A stretch of 64,000 nucleotides of DNA from an uncultured Clostridia bacterium (GCA_944368065.1 CALVWV010000010.1:46534-110533); one strand, 5' to 3'. Shown: positions 51,849-62,250, numbered from the stretch's first letter. The notes: a model not told the origin generated them from the letters alone. Numbers and translations: made by a program.

Positions 51849-53960
51849 ATGAAAAGGATTTTAAACGTGCGGTGCGCGGTGGTTCTCGCTTTTTCCACAG
51901 GTATCGGCGCGGCTCTTTCATATTTTTCCGTACGCCTCGGCCTGCCGTATTGGTGGCTGACGGCATTGGTGCCGATAGTCGCCGCATTTATCATTTATTT
52001 CATAATCCGCCGCAGTACAGTCGGCATAGTTTTTACCGTGCTTTCTGCGCTGTTGTTTCTTTACGGCGCGCTTGGCGTGTGCTTTAAAGTCTATGAATAT
52101 TCCTCGGCTGAGCTTGATGATGGCGCGGCTTATGCGATAAGCGGCAGGGTTACCGAAAAATCTTATTCGGACGGCGGATACATAAAGATTAAAGGCATAA
52201 CGGCGGACGGCATCCCTGTGGACGGGGTTATGACCGTATATCTCGACGATGAATACGGCGAATTCTGCGACGTCGGATACGAGGTGAGTTTCAGCGGTAC
52301 CGTCTACGTGAACATACCGTTTGCATACGGTTCGGACAACACCACTAAACTGCTTGAAGACGTGCGCTACAGAGCATATCCGACAGGCGACATCAGTTCA
52401 GAGTACGGTTTTTCGCTTTTCGGTAGCATAAATTCCGCGGTGCGTTCGCTGTACTTTGACAACATAGACGAAGACACCGCCGCCATAGTTTACGCAATGT
52501 TCACCGGCAATACGGAATTTGTGGAAAATTCCACTATGGACAGTTTCCGCTACGGCGGCGTTGCACACGTGTTTGCCGTTTCGGGCATGCACATAGTTCT
52601 TGTCTACGGCGCGGTAAGTTTTATATTGAAGCGTCTGCGCCTGTGTCCCGCGGCAGTTGCGGCAATAAGCGTTGCTCTTGTCTTTTTCTATACGGGGATA
52701 TGCGGTTTTACGCTCTCCGCGGTGCGCGCCGCAATAATGTGCGCAGTGGCAGCGCTTGTGCGGCTTTCGGGCGGAAAGTACGATACGCTCTCGTCGCTGT
52801 CGCTTGCCTTTGTCGCGGTCATGCTCGTAAACCCGCTCAACATAATTTCGGTCGGCTTTCAGCTCTCCGTGGCTGCGGTGGCTGGCATTGCCCTTTTCTG
52901 CAGACCAGTAACTTCGGCTCTGAGGAAAATAAAAATTCCGCGCGGGCTGGCTTCCGCCGCGGCAATGTCTTTTTCTGCACAGGTTGCAACTTTCCCTATA
53001 CTTTTGTCATGCTTCGGCTACGTCAGCTGGGCTTCGCTTCTACTCAACATAATATTCGTCCCTCTTCTTTCGGCAATTTTTACTCTGCAGTTTGCTCTTA
53101 CGTTGCTTGCATTCATAATACCGCCGCTTTCGCAGTTTTTTATACTCATATTTTCAGTGCCCGTCAGCGCGGTTACGGCGGCGCTCGTTACCGTGCATGC
53201 GGAAGACGCGCTTATAAGCGGTTTTGACTTCGGTCCATATGCCGTGTTGTATTTCATTGGCGCATACGTCATATCGGGACACGTGAACATTAAATTCCGC
53301 TGGCGCGCTATAATAGCTGCGGCTCTCGCAATAATTATAGCGGTCGGACTGTTTTTAAAAAATTATGTTCCCGCAGGCGGCGTGAAAATTACTGCTTCAG
53401 CATATTACAATGGCAGTTACGCGGTACTTTTAAGGACATCTGAAGGCGACGTGCTGATAATTTCGGAAAATCCTTCGGCTTACGATATTTCTTCAATGCT
53501 TTCGGAAAACGGAGTGACAAATCCCGACGCGCTTATAATTCTCGGCGGAGAGGAGAGCGTTTTTGCCTATACATTGTCAGGCATTGACTGCAAAGATATT
53601 TACATAAATTATACTAATATAAATATTCAGCCATACCGCGGGACGACTGTGCATTATGAAAAGAATTTCAACGCGGCGGGAATGCATTTTGCGTTTGTCG
53701 GCGGCAACGATGTGCTTGCTCAGGCGGGCGGCGTTGATATTGGCATAAGTTTCGGCGAAGAAGCAGCCATTAAAAAGTGCGACGTACTGTTTGCCGTTAC
53801 GGACGGGCACGTATGCAACTGCGCGGAAGCGGTTTATTTCACGCAGGTAAATTTTGCATACAACGTTTACGATTGCGGCGACTTGCAATTTATTGCAGAT
53901 AATGGTAAAATATTCTTAACAGGTCGCGCGGCGGTAAGGTCCGCGCTTGGCTTAAGATAA
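51849..53960 (+). CDS. comEC: ComEC/Rec2 family competence channel protein
   Basis: 703 aa with an N-terminal OB-like region and a polytopic competence domain (..GVAHVFAVSGMHI..). The C-terminal MBL-like region lacks the HxHxDH motif. Confidence 0.85.
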   Translation: MKRILNVRCAVVLAFSTGIGAALSYFSVRLGLPYWWLTALVPIVAAFIIYFIIRRSTVGIVFTVLSALLFLYGALGVCFKVYEYSSAELDDGAAYAISGRVTEKSYSDGGYIKIKGITADGIPVDGVMTVYLDDEYGEFCDVGYEVSFSGTVYVNIPFAYGSDNTTKLLEDVRYRAYPTGDISSEYGFSLFGSINSAVRSLYFDNIDEDTAAIVYAMFTGNTEFVENSTMDSFRYGGVAHVFAVSGMHIVLVYGAVSFILKRLRLCPAAVAAISVALVFFYTGICGFTLSAVRAAIMCAVAALVRLSGGKYDTLSSLSLAFVAVMLVNPLNIISVGFQLSVAAVAGIALFCRPVTSALRKIKIPRGLASAAAMSFSAQVATFPILLSCFGYVSWASLLLNIIFVPLLSAIFTLQFALTLLAFIIPPLSQFFILIFSVPVSAVTAALVTVHAEDALISGFDFGPYAVLYFIGAYVISGHVNIKFRWRAIIAAALAIIIAVGLFLKNYVPAGGVKITASAYYNGSYAVLLRTSEGDVLIISENPSAYDISSMLSENGVTNPDALIILGGEESVFAYTLSGIDCKDIYINYTNINIQPYRGTTVHYEKNFNAAGMHFAFVGGNDVLAQAGGVDIGISFGEEAAIKKCDVLFAVTDGHVCNCAEAVYFTQVNFAYNVYDCGDLQFIADNGKIFLTGRAAVRSALGLR

Positions 53961-53973
53961 GTGTTCAAAGATT

Positions 53974-54957
53974 ATGAAGTTTACCGAACTTAAAAATTTT
54001 ATATCCGAAGGCGGCGGAAACATATTTTTATTGCAGGGCGAAGACGCTTACTTTTCAGGCAAAGCCGAAGAAATGATAAAAAAGGCTTACCTGCAGATGC
54101 CCGAATTGAACTTTGCCTCGTTTGACGGCGAAAGTCTGAAGGGTCAGGCGATACAGCGCCTTACGGACGCTCTGTCGGCATTCCCGTTCATGGCTGAAAA
54201 GCGCGTTATACGCGTTACCGAATTTTATCCGTCGGAGACAGACTACGAAAAGTATTTAAAGCCGTATTTTGCGGCGTTTCCTCAGACGGCTGTGCTTATC
54301 ATAGTAAATTCCGCCTCCAAAAAAGGCGCTGCCGACTTAAAGCGCAAGGCGGGCATATCTTACGTCGACTGCGGCAAAGCAGACGAGGAGGAGGTAACCC
54401 GCTGGATTTACCTCACATTAAAGCGCGCGTCGGTAACTGCAAGCGCGGAAGTATGCATGAACATAGCGCGATACTGCCTTTGCAACATGTCGCGCGTTTC
54501 CATAGAAACGAAGAAAATAATCGAATACAAAAGCGATGGCGGGACTTTAACGCAGGAGGAGGCGGATGACCTTGTGTACAAGGACGCCGACTACAGAATA
54601 TACGAAATGACTAATGCCGTTGCAGCGGGCAACTATTCGCTTTTTTATGAAATTGCGCAAGAGCTTACCGAAAGGGGCATGGACGGGATGTCTGTACTCA
54701 ACAGTCTGTTTTCATATATGCGCAATCTGTCTGCCATAGCCTCGTCGCGTATGTCGGATTCCGAACTTTCCAAAATATACGGAATGAAGGAGTACGGCGT
54801 AAAGCGCACGCGCGAGCAGGCGCGCAGGCTCGGCGTCGAACGCGCGGAAAATCTGTGCAAAGTAATTTACGGCGCAATAGCGGGCGTAAAGTGCGGCGAA
54901 CTCACGCCGGACAGCGCATACCGCATGGTCTGCTCGCAAATATTTTTCGCACAGTGA
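53974..54957 (+). CDS. holA: DNA polymerase III delta subunit
   Basis: 327 aa, HolA-like, in the conserved comEC-holA arrangement of Firmicutes. Confidence 0.85.
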   Translation: MKFTELKNFISEGGGNIFLLQGEDAYFSGKAEEMIKKAYLQMPELNFASFDGESLKGQAIQRLTDALSAFPFMAEKRVIRVTEFYPSETDYEKYLKPYFAAFPQTAVLIIVNSASKKGAADLKRKAGISYVDCGKADEEEVTRWIYLTLKRASVTASAEVCMNIARYCLCNMSRVSIETKKIIEYKSDGGTLTQEEADDLVYKDADYRIYEMTNAVAAGNYSLFYEIAQELTERGMDGMSVLNSLFSYMRNLSAIASSRMSDSELSKIYGMKEYGVKRTREQARRLGVERAENLCKVIYGAIAGVKCGELTPDSAYRMVCSQIFFAQ

Positions 54958-55117
54958 AAAATAAACGGTAAAATGCTTTATTTTTCGTCAAATTAGCTTT
55001 ATAATAATAAAAAGGCGCACCTGTCGGGAAAATATTATTAAATATAAATGTAAGGTGCGTAATTAATTTATTCAATACGCCATAAAGCGCGCGTCGGCGC
55101 GCAAAGGAGGTGTACGG

Positions 55118-55939
55118 GTGGACTGGCAGACATTTACGCAGAGCGTTGAAAACTTTTTTAAAACTTTCAGTACAAACGGCGTATCTTACGTCATGGAGTT
55201 TATATTCTTCGCGGTACTGTTCTACTTTGTTTTCAAAATTCTGCAGATAAATAAAAACTATAAATTCATAGTTGCATTCACTGCCGCCGTAATCTGGTGC
55301 GGCTTTGCGTTCGCGTTTTCAAAAAACATACAGTCGCAGTTCCTGCTCATCGTCATAATAATGCTCGCTACCCTGGTATTTACCATGTATAACACCGAAA
55401 TCAAAAGGGTGCTTCTGGATACCATGATAAGGGGCAAAAACGACAGACCTAAGGTAAGCGCCAGCGGCGTCGATTCCATTATAGACGAAATGATACGCGC
55501 ACTCCAGAATATGTCAAAGAACAATATAGGCGCGCTTATAGTACTTTCAAACGAAAATCTGCCCGAAAACATCATAGAGAGCGGCACTATAATAAATGCC
55601 GAAATTTCCTCGCAGATGATAGAGGCGGTATTTTATCCCAAAGCTCCCCTGCACGACGGCGCAATGATAGTGGAGGGCAGCAAAATTTATGCGGCAGGAT
55701 GTTTCCTTCCGCTCGCGCAGAGCGATAATCTTCCCAAAGAGATGGGCAGCCGCCACCGTGCGGCGCTCGGCGTCACGTCGGTTGCAAGCGTAACGGCGCT
55801 CGTCGTTTCAGAAGAGACGGGCATAATTTCCATAGTAAAGAACGGCGCAGTCAAAAAGAAGTATGCAGACGCAGCCGACCTCAAAAACGCGCTCAGCGAT
55901 TATTACTGGTCAGATTTAACCGCGGAGGCCAAGGAATGA
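55118..55939 (+). CDS. cdaA: Diadenylate cyclase CdaA
   Basis: GTG start after AAAGGAGG. Three N-terminal TM helices, then a DAC domain with motifs DGAMIV and RHRAALG. Confidence 0.9.
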   Translation: MDWQTFTQSVENFFKTFSTNGVSYVMEFIFFAVLFYFVFKILQINKNYKFIVAFTAAVIWCGFAFAFSKNIQSQFLLIVIIMLATLVFTMYNTEIKRVLLDTMIRGKNDRPKVSASGVDSIIDEMIRALQNMSKNNIGALIVLSNENLPENIIESGTIINAEISSQMIEAVFYPKAPLHDGAMIVEGSKIYAAGCFLPLAQSDNLPKEMGSRHRAALGVTSVASVTALVVSEETGIISIVKNGAVKKKYADAADLKNALSDYYWSDLTAEAKE

Positions 55940-56046
55940 AAAAGTTCAGCGAAATTTTAAGAGATATATTCACTAAAAATATCCCCATAAAGGCGCTTGC
56001 GATTATACTTGCCGCGCTCACAGTTCTGCTTATAAACCTCAACTGA
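55936..56046 (+). CDS. 36-aa ORF resembling only the N-terminal membrane anchor of CdaR (YbbR)
   Basis: ATGA overlap with the cdaA stop. MKKFSEILRDIFTKNIPIKALAIILAALTVLLINLN parallels the CdaR N-terminus. Too short for the supplied ORF track. Confidence 0.45.
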   Translation: MKKFSEILRDIFTKNIPIKALAIILAALTVLLINLN

Positions 56047-56056
56047 GAGGTGTTTC

Positions 56057-57256
56057 ATGCAACATGAAGAAATTTGCGGCGTTCCGCAGAATACTATATA
56101 TGTTCCCGAAATACTTCTTCCGTGCGGCGCTGACATGTATTCGTGGGCTGTAAATGCCTGCGACCAGTTCACAAGCGACAGTTCTTACTGGCAGGAAGTT
56201 GCGCGCATTGCCGAAGGCAAGCCCAGCGCGTACCACATAATATTCCCCGAAATTTATCTTAAAGATAATCCCGAAAAGAGGATAGCGGACATAAATCAAG
56301 AGATGTACCGTTATCTTGCAGGCGACATATTCAGCGCTCAGAAAGGATTCGTCCTCGTAGAGCGCGCTACTGAAAGCGGAGTCAGAACGGGCATAGTCCT
56401 CGCCATAGACCTTGAACAGTACTCTTTTATGCAGGAAGATAAAGCGCTTATCCGCTCCACCGAAGCCACCGTGCTGGACAGGCTTCCTCCGCGCGTTAAA
56501 ATACGCGAAAACGCTCCGCTCGAACTTCCGCATATAATGTTACTGTACGACGATGTTGAAAATAAAGTCCTCGGCAGCGTCAGAAGGGACAGAGTTTTGT
56601 ACGACTTTGACCTCAATATGCGCGGCGGACACGTAAAAGGCACGCTCATTTCCAATGCGGAAGAGGTTAAAAATGCCTTTTATTCGCTTATATGCGGCAT
56701 GTCGGATAAAATGCTTTTTGCGGTAGGTGACGGCAACCATTCGCTTGCGGCGGCTAAACTTATATGGGAAAAAGTAAAAAAGGGTCTCTCGCGGGAAGAA
56801 GCGGAAACCCACCCCGCGCGTTATGCCCTTTGCGAGGCGGTAAACATATATGACCCTGCGCTTTTCTTCCGTCCCATACACAGGTTTGTAAAGACGGATA
56901 AGCCCGAACAATTTTTAAAAGGCTGGAAAATCTGCGGCGCTTCGTCTGTCGGCATTGTAATAAACGGCAAAAAAACGAGTGTTCCGTTCCCTGAAGATAT
57001 TCCATCGGGGATACGCCTTGCGGACGAATATATTTCGGAATTCATAAAAGAGTTCGGCGGCTCTGCAGACTATATTCACGGCGACAAAGAGCTTGAGGCG
57101 CTTACATTCGGCGGCGTCGGCATACTTCTTCCGTCCGTGGAAAAGGGCGACTTTTTCCGTCTTATAACAGAAGGCGGCAATCTGCCTAAAAAGACTTTCT
57201 CGATGGGCGAAGGCAATGAAAAGCGGTATTATATAGAGGCTAAGCGGATAAAGTAA
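56057..57256 (+). CDS. DUF1015 family protein
   Basis: 399 aa with GAGAGG upstream. The ..WAVNACDQFTSD.. and ..AVGDGNHSLAAAK.. patterns match my memory of DUF1015. Confidence 0.72.
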   Translation: MQHEEICGVPQNTIYVPEILLPCGADMYSWAVNACDQFTSDSSYWQEVARIAEGKPSAYHIIFPEIYLKDNPEKRIADINQEMYRYLAGDIFSAQKGFVLVERATESGVRTGIVLAIDLEQYSFMQEDKALIRSTEATVLDRLPPRVKIRENAPLELPHIMLLYDDVENKVLGSVRRDRVLYDFDLNMRGGHVKGTLISNAEEVKNAFYSLICGMSDKMLFAVGDGNHSLAAAKLIWEKVKKGLSREEAETHPARYALCEAVNIYDPALFFRPIHRFVKTDKPEQFLKGWKICGASSVGIVINGKKTSVPFPEDIPSGIRLADEYISEFIKEFGGSADYIHGDKELEALTFGGVGILLPSVEKGDFFRLITEGGNLPKKTFSMGEGNEKRYYIEAKRIK

Positions 57257-57281
57257 ATTTTTTTAAGGATAGAAAATAGAT

Positions 57282-58604
57282 ATGGCTGTAAAGGTATGCA
57301 AATTCGGCGGCACGTCCATGGCTGACGGCAACGTAATGAACTGCGTAAAGAAGATAATCGATAACGATAAGGACAGAAAGTACATAGTAGTTTCCGCGCC
57401 CGGCAAAAGGTATTCGGGCGACATAAAGATTACCGACGTTTTGTACGAATGCCACAAGGAAGTAGCCGAAAAGGGCTCCTGCGGCGCGGCATTTGCGCTC
57501 ATACGCAACAGGTTCAACAGCATAGTAAGGGAACTCAATATCGATTTCGACATAAATTCCGTTCTCGATGAAACGGAAATGCGCATCAATGCAGAAAAGG
57601 ACGAAGATTTTACTGCGTCCCGCGGCGAATATCTTTCCGCGCGCGTAATGGCGGAGGTTCTCGGCGCAAAGTTTATCGATGCGGAAGACGTGATATTCTT
57701 CGATAAAAACGGCGCATATGACGCTGAAAAGTCGGATAAAGCCATAAATGAAGCCGTGCGCGGCGCAGAAAAGGCCGTTTTCCCCGGCTTCTACGGCAGG
57801 GGCGCGAACGGAAAAGTAAAAACTTTTTCCCGCGGCGGTTCAGATATCTCAGGCGCAATAGTGGCGCGCGCCGTAAACGCAACTCTTTATGAAAACTGGA
57901 CGGACGTAAGCGGCTTCCTTGCGTGCGACCCCAGAATCGTAGACAGCCCCAAGCGCATAAAAGCTCTTTCCTATAAAGAACTTCGCGAACTTTCGTACAT
58001 GGGCGCAAACGTGCTTCACTCCGAATCAATATTCCCCGTACGCAAAGCCAACATACCCATTCATATCAAGAATACTTTCCGCCCCGAAGACGACGGAACG
58101 CTCATTCAGCCCAGCGTATATTACACGCCGAGCGGTAATACCGTAACCGGCATAGCGGGCAAAAAAGGTTTTACAGTAATATTCATTGAAAAATCTCTGA
58201 TGAATTATCAGATAGGTTTCATAAGAAAGGTTCTTTCCGTGCTTGAAGATGCGGGGGTTCCCGTAGAGCACATACCTTCAGGCATAGATACGATGTCCGT
58301 AGTCATAGAAAGCGCGGCGCTTAAGGAAGGCAAGCTCGAAAGAATACTTCAGGGCATAAAGGAAGCTGTTGCGCCCGATACTCTGAGGGTGACAGAAGAT
58401 ATCGCGCTCATCGCTACAGTTGGTCACGGAATGTCATCATCGGTAGGTACTTCTGCAAGGCTCTTCAAAGCCATGGCTGAAGCCAAAATTAACGTAAAGA
58501 TGATAGACCAGGGCTCATCCGAGCTCAACATTATAGTAGGCGTAAAAAACGAAGATTGCGATAATTGTATACGTGCAATTTACCGCGAATTCTTCGGCAA
58601 ATAA
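57282..58604 (+). CDS. Aspartate kinase
   Basis: 440 aa with KFGGTSMAD at the N-terminus, an amino-acid kinase fold and C-terminal ACT domains. Confidence 0.93.
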   Translation: MAVKVCKFGGTSMADGNVMNCVKKIIDNDKDRKYIVVSAPGKRYSGDIKITDVLYECHKEVAEKGSCGAAFALIRNRFNSIVRELNIDFDINSVLDETEMRINAEKDEDFTASRGEYLSARVMAEVLGAKFIDAEDVIFFDKNGAYDAEKSDKAINEAVRGAEKAVFPGFYGRGANGKVKTFSRGGSDISGAIVARAVNATLYENWTDVSGFLACDPRIVDSPKRIKALSYKELRELSYMGANVLHSESIFPVRKANIPIHIKNTFRPEDDGTLIQPSVYYTPSGNTVTGIAGKKGFTVIFIEKSLMNYQIGFIRKVLSVLEDAGVPVEHIPSGIDTMSVVIESAALKEGKLERILQGIKEAVAPDTLRVTEDIALIATVGHGMSSSVGTSARLFKAMAEAKINVKMIDQGSSELNIIVGVKNEDCDNCIRAIYREFFGK

Positions 58605-58618
58605 TTTAAAATTAAAAA

Positions 58619-58650
58619 CAGTGCCGGGCGCAGCCTGGCACTGTTTTTTT
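58619..58650 (+). terminator. Rho-independent terminator
   Basis: cagtgcc/ggcactg stem plus TTTTTTT. Confidence 0.75.
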
Positions 58651-58755
58651 GTATGTAAAAATTTTATGCGCAAAGAAATCTTAAGAGTAAAATTGGCATT
58701 CAGCAATTTATGTTATTCGGTTAAAAATTGAAATTGCCCTGCATATATGCCGCAA

Positions 58756-59223
58756 CTATTCGTTAAAACGCCTTTTCCCCGTAACGCTTTCAACGGTGAT
58801 TTTTACAACGGCGGTTATATCCTTTGCGGCGCATTCTTCCGCACTGTAGCCTTCCGTCCTGCAATGCTTCAAAAGAAGGTCGAGTCCCTTTACAAGCTCT
58901 TTTCCGTAAACTCTTTCCGCCTTTCCGAAGGCTATCACGCTTTTATAGTCTGCCGTCACGCTGTGTCCCGTGCTTTTGTATCCCGCAAGGATATCTGCTT
59001 CCAGGCACACGTTGGGATTTTTTTCAATCAGGTCAAGTTTTTTCCCTTCTTTTGCGCAGTGAAAGTAGACAGCAAGCTGTCCGTCATCATCTTCCCAGCC
59101 GAAGGATAGCGGCACTACGTAGGGATAAGGTTCGTCGTGCAGTGCAAGCCTTATGGTCTGGCATTCGTCCAAAAGTCTGATAATTTCTCCGCGGTCTTTT
59201 ATCTCTCTGTTTGCTTTTCTCAT
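58756..59223 (-). CDS. Pyridoxamine 5'-phosphate oxidase family (flavin-binding split-barrel) protein
   Basis: 155 aa. The pattern ..PYVVPLSFGWE..VYFHCAKEGKKLDLI.. is typical of the Pyridox_ox_2 family. Confidence 0.8.
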   Translation of the reverse strand: MRKANREIKDRGEIIRLLDECQTIRLALHDEPYPYVVPLSFGWEDDDGQLAVYFHCAKEGKKLDLIEKNPNVCLEADILAGYKSTGHSVTADYKSVIAFGKAERVYGKELVKGLDLLLKHCRTEGYSAEECAAKDITAVVKITVESVTGKRRFNE

Positions 59224-59380
59224 TTTATTCCTCTGAAAATATTATGCCTGTATTTTACAGTATTATATAATCTGCCGTGCTTTCTGTCAACGCCGACAAC
59301 TGTATTAAAAATATATTAATTTTGAACGGCAGACGCCCGCTTTAGTCACGCGGCCGCCTGTCGTTTTCATACAATATATC

Positions 59381-60442
59381 ATGACGCTGAGCGTTTGTAT
59401 GATAGTTAAAGACGAAGAGGAAGTTATAGAGCGCAGTCTTTCATGCGCGTCTCTCTTCGCAGATGAAATAATAATTGTTGATACAGGTTCCGCGGATAAA
59501 ACTGTTGAGCTTGCAAAAAAGTTTACCGATAACATTTATACCTTCGATTGGTGCGACGATTTTTCCGCTGCAAGGAATTTTTCGTTTTCCAAGGCTGCAT
59601 GCGACCTTATCATGTGGCTTGATGCCGACGACGTCGTGGAGGAGGGTGACGCGCGTAAAATTGTTGCTCTTAAAGAGCAGATGAAAGATTTCGACGTCGC
59701 GTTTTTATTGTATGCCGCCGCGTTCGACGGCGAAAGGCCTGTTTTCACCTATTTCCGCGAAAGAATAGTAAGGCGTTCGCTCGGGTTGAAGTGGCAGGGC
59801 GCCGTGCACGAAGCTATTACGCCGTGTGGCCGCATACTGTACTCCGACGCGACGATTCGCCATAAAAAAATAAGACCTTCAGATCCCGCAAGAAATTTAA
59901 GGATATACAGGAAGCTGATATCTTCAGGCGGAAAACTTTCCCCGCGCGATAAATTTTATTACGGACGCGAGCTTATGTTCAACAGACTCTATACAGAGAG
60001 TGCCGCCGTGCTTGAAGATTTTCTCAACGGGGATGGCTGGTCCGAAAACAAGTGCGAGGCCTGCCTCAATCTTCACGCCGTGTATACGGAACTCGGCGAC
60101 GGCGACCTCGCGCTGAAAAGTCTTTTGCGCAGTTTTGCTTACGGTATGCCGAAGAGCCGCGCATGCTGTCTTCTCGGAGAAATCTTTGCTCGGAAAGGAG
60201 ACTTGTCCGCTGCGATATTCTGGTATAAGACGGCGGCTAATCTGCCGCAGAATATAAAAAGCGGCGCGTTTGTTGAGGAGGACTTCTCGGGGTTTATACC
60301 TTTTATTCAGCTCTGCGTGCTTTACGACAGGCTGGGCGATATCGATAAGGCTAATTATTATAACGAGCTTGCCGGAGGAATCAAACCTGACGATGTAAGC
60401 TATCTTCACAACAAGCGTTATTTTGAAAGTAAACTCAAATGA
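59381..60442 (+). CDS. Family 2 glycosyltransferase with C-terminal TPR-like region
   Basis: [37 protein letters not shown] shows the GT2 DXD motif. The C-terminal half is helical-repeat-like. Confidence 0.85.
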   Translation: MTLSVCMIVKDEEEVIERSLSCASLFADEIIIVDTGSADKTVELAKKFTDNIYTFDWCDDFSAARNFSFSKAACDLIMWLDADDVVEEGDARKIVALKEQMKDFDVAFLLYAAAFDGERPVFTYFRERIVRRSLGLKWQGAVHEAITPCGRILYSDATIRHKKIRPSDPARNLRIYRKLISSGGKLSPRDKFYYGRELMFNRLYTESAAVLEDFLNGDGWSENKCEACLNLHAVYTELGDGDLALKSLLRSFAYGMPKSRACCLLGEIFARKGDLSAAIFWYKTAANLPQNIKSGAFVEEDFSGFIPFIQLCVLYDRLGDIDKANYYNELAGGIKPDDVSYLHNKRYFESKLK

Positions 60443-60451
60443 TGAGGATTA

Positions 60452-61529
<1,078 letters not shown>

Positions 61530-61603
61530 ATAAGTCCAATGCAACAGAGAGGGCGGCACCTGCCGCCCTCTCTTAAAGTAATAGGATTTATCGGTATGAC
61601 GCT

Positions 61604-61674
61604 ATTACACGACAGAAAAAAATAACAGAGCGACGCTTGTTGCTCTGTTATTTTGGTTGAGGTGACGGGACTTG
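61604..61674 (-). repeat. Direct repeat copy 1: last ~21 nt of the Pro-like tRNA plus its terminator
   Basis: About 71 nt, nearly identical to 61785..61856 with a handful of substitutions in the terminator loop. Confidence 0.9.
61614..61649 (-). terminator. Rho-independent terminator (minus strand), copy 1
   Basis: aacagagc/gctctgtt stem. The minus-strand U-run corresponds to the plus-strand A-run at 61614..61622. Confidence 0.75.
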
Positions 61675-61784
61675 CGCCTTTGGCGGCGCGCACGGTTGCA
61701 GCCCAAGCCGAGGGCTGCAAGTCGTCGGTAGAAACCTCCGACCTACGCAAGCAATGTGTTTGCTCGCCTCCCCTCAAGTCCCGT
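61654..61784 (-). ncRNA. Candidate structured RNA (~131 nt) that ends in the 3' 24 nt of the neighbouring tRNA (..CAAGUCCCGUCACCUCAACCA)
   Basis: 10-bp closing helix ACGGGACUUG/CAAGUCCCGU encloses four hairpins (8, 5, 9 and 5 bp). One hairpin has G.U on the minus strand but A.C on the plus strand. It has its own terminator copy. No known family recognised. Confidence 0.35.
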
Positions 61785-61856
61785 ATTCACACAACAGAAA
61801 AAAATAACAGAGCAACGTTTGATGCTCTGTTATTTTGGTTGAGGTGACGGGACTTG
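61785..61856 (-). repeat. Direct repeat copy 2 (contains the genuine tRNA 3' end and terminator)
   Basis: See copy 1. Confidence 0.9.
61796..61831 (-). terminator. Rho-independent terminator after the Pro-like tRNA (minus strand)
   Basis: aacagagca/tgctctgtt stem plus a U-run on the minus strand. Confidence 0.75.
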
Positions 61857-61912
61857 AACCCACGACCTTCTGGTCCCTAACCAGACGCGCTACCAAACTG
61901 CGCTACACCTCA
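61836..61912 (-). tRNA. tRNA-Pro-like gene with anticodon AGG and U1:A72 (non-canonical)
   Basis: Hand fold: UGAGGUG UA GCGC AGUUUGGUA GCGC G UCUGG UUAGGGA CCAGA AGGUC GUGGG UUCAAGU CCCGU CACCUCA A CCA. The body closely resembles Firmicutes tRNA-Pro. The anticodon loop reads U33-A34-G35-G36-G37. Confidence 0.7.
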
Positions 61913-62175
61913 GTTCTCGTAAACAGCGATACCTATTATACTTAAAAGAATGCGATTTGCCAAACGTTTTTGCTATGTTTTTTAAAATTTTTTAAAATAT
62001 TTATTGCTTAACCTTAAAAACAGGCAAAAAGGCAGTATGCTTTAATGCATAATGATTGTCGTAAAGCCTGTAAATGCAAATTAAGAGTGAGGAAAAGAAA
62101 AATTAAGACAAAAAAAGTAGCTTATAATGCTTTTCTTTTTTTTAAAACTGTGTTATATTGATTCAGATAACTTAA

Positions 62176-62250
62176 GCAGGTGTCGCCTAGCGGTATGGCG
62201 TCAGCTTCCCAAGCTGATTTCGGCGGGTCCGACTCCCGTCACCTGCTCCA
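62176..62250 (+). tRNA. tRNA-Gly (anticodon CCC) with atypical T-loop UCCGACU
   Basis: Hand fold: GCAGGUG UC GCCU AGCGGUA UGGC G UCAGC UUCCCAA GCUGA UUUCG GCGGG UCCGACU CCCGU CACCUGC U CCA. U73 is typical of Gly. Position 55 is C rather than U, and pair 3:70 is A:U. Confidence 0.72.

Noticed and set aside
57257-57281. I looked for a lysine (L-box) riboswitch upstream of the aspartate kinase gene.
   Set aside because: There is only a 25-nt gap after the DUF1015 gene, which leaves no room for an aptamer.
59341-59380. A sigma-K/E-like -10 element, CATACAATA (59368..59376), upstream of the glycosyltransferase gene.
   Set aside because: It ends only 4 nt before the ATG, so it would require a leaderless mRNA. 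The single-motif match is too weak to call, though mother-cell expression of this module remains plausible.
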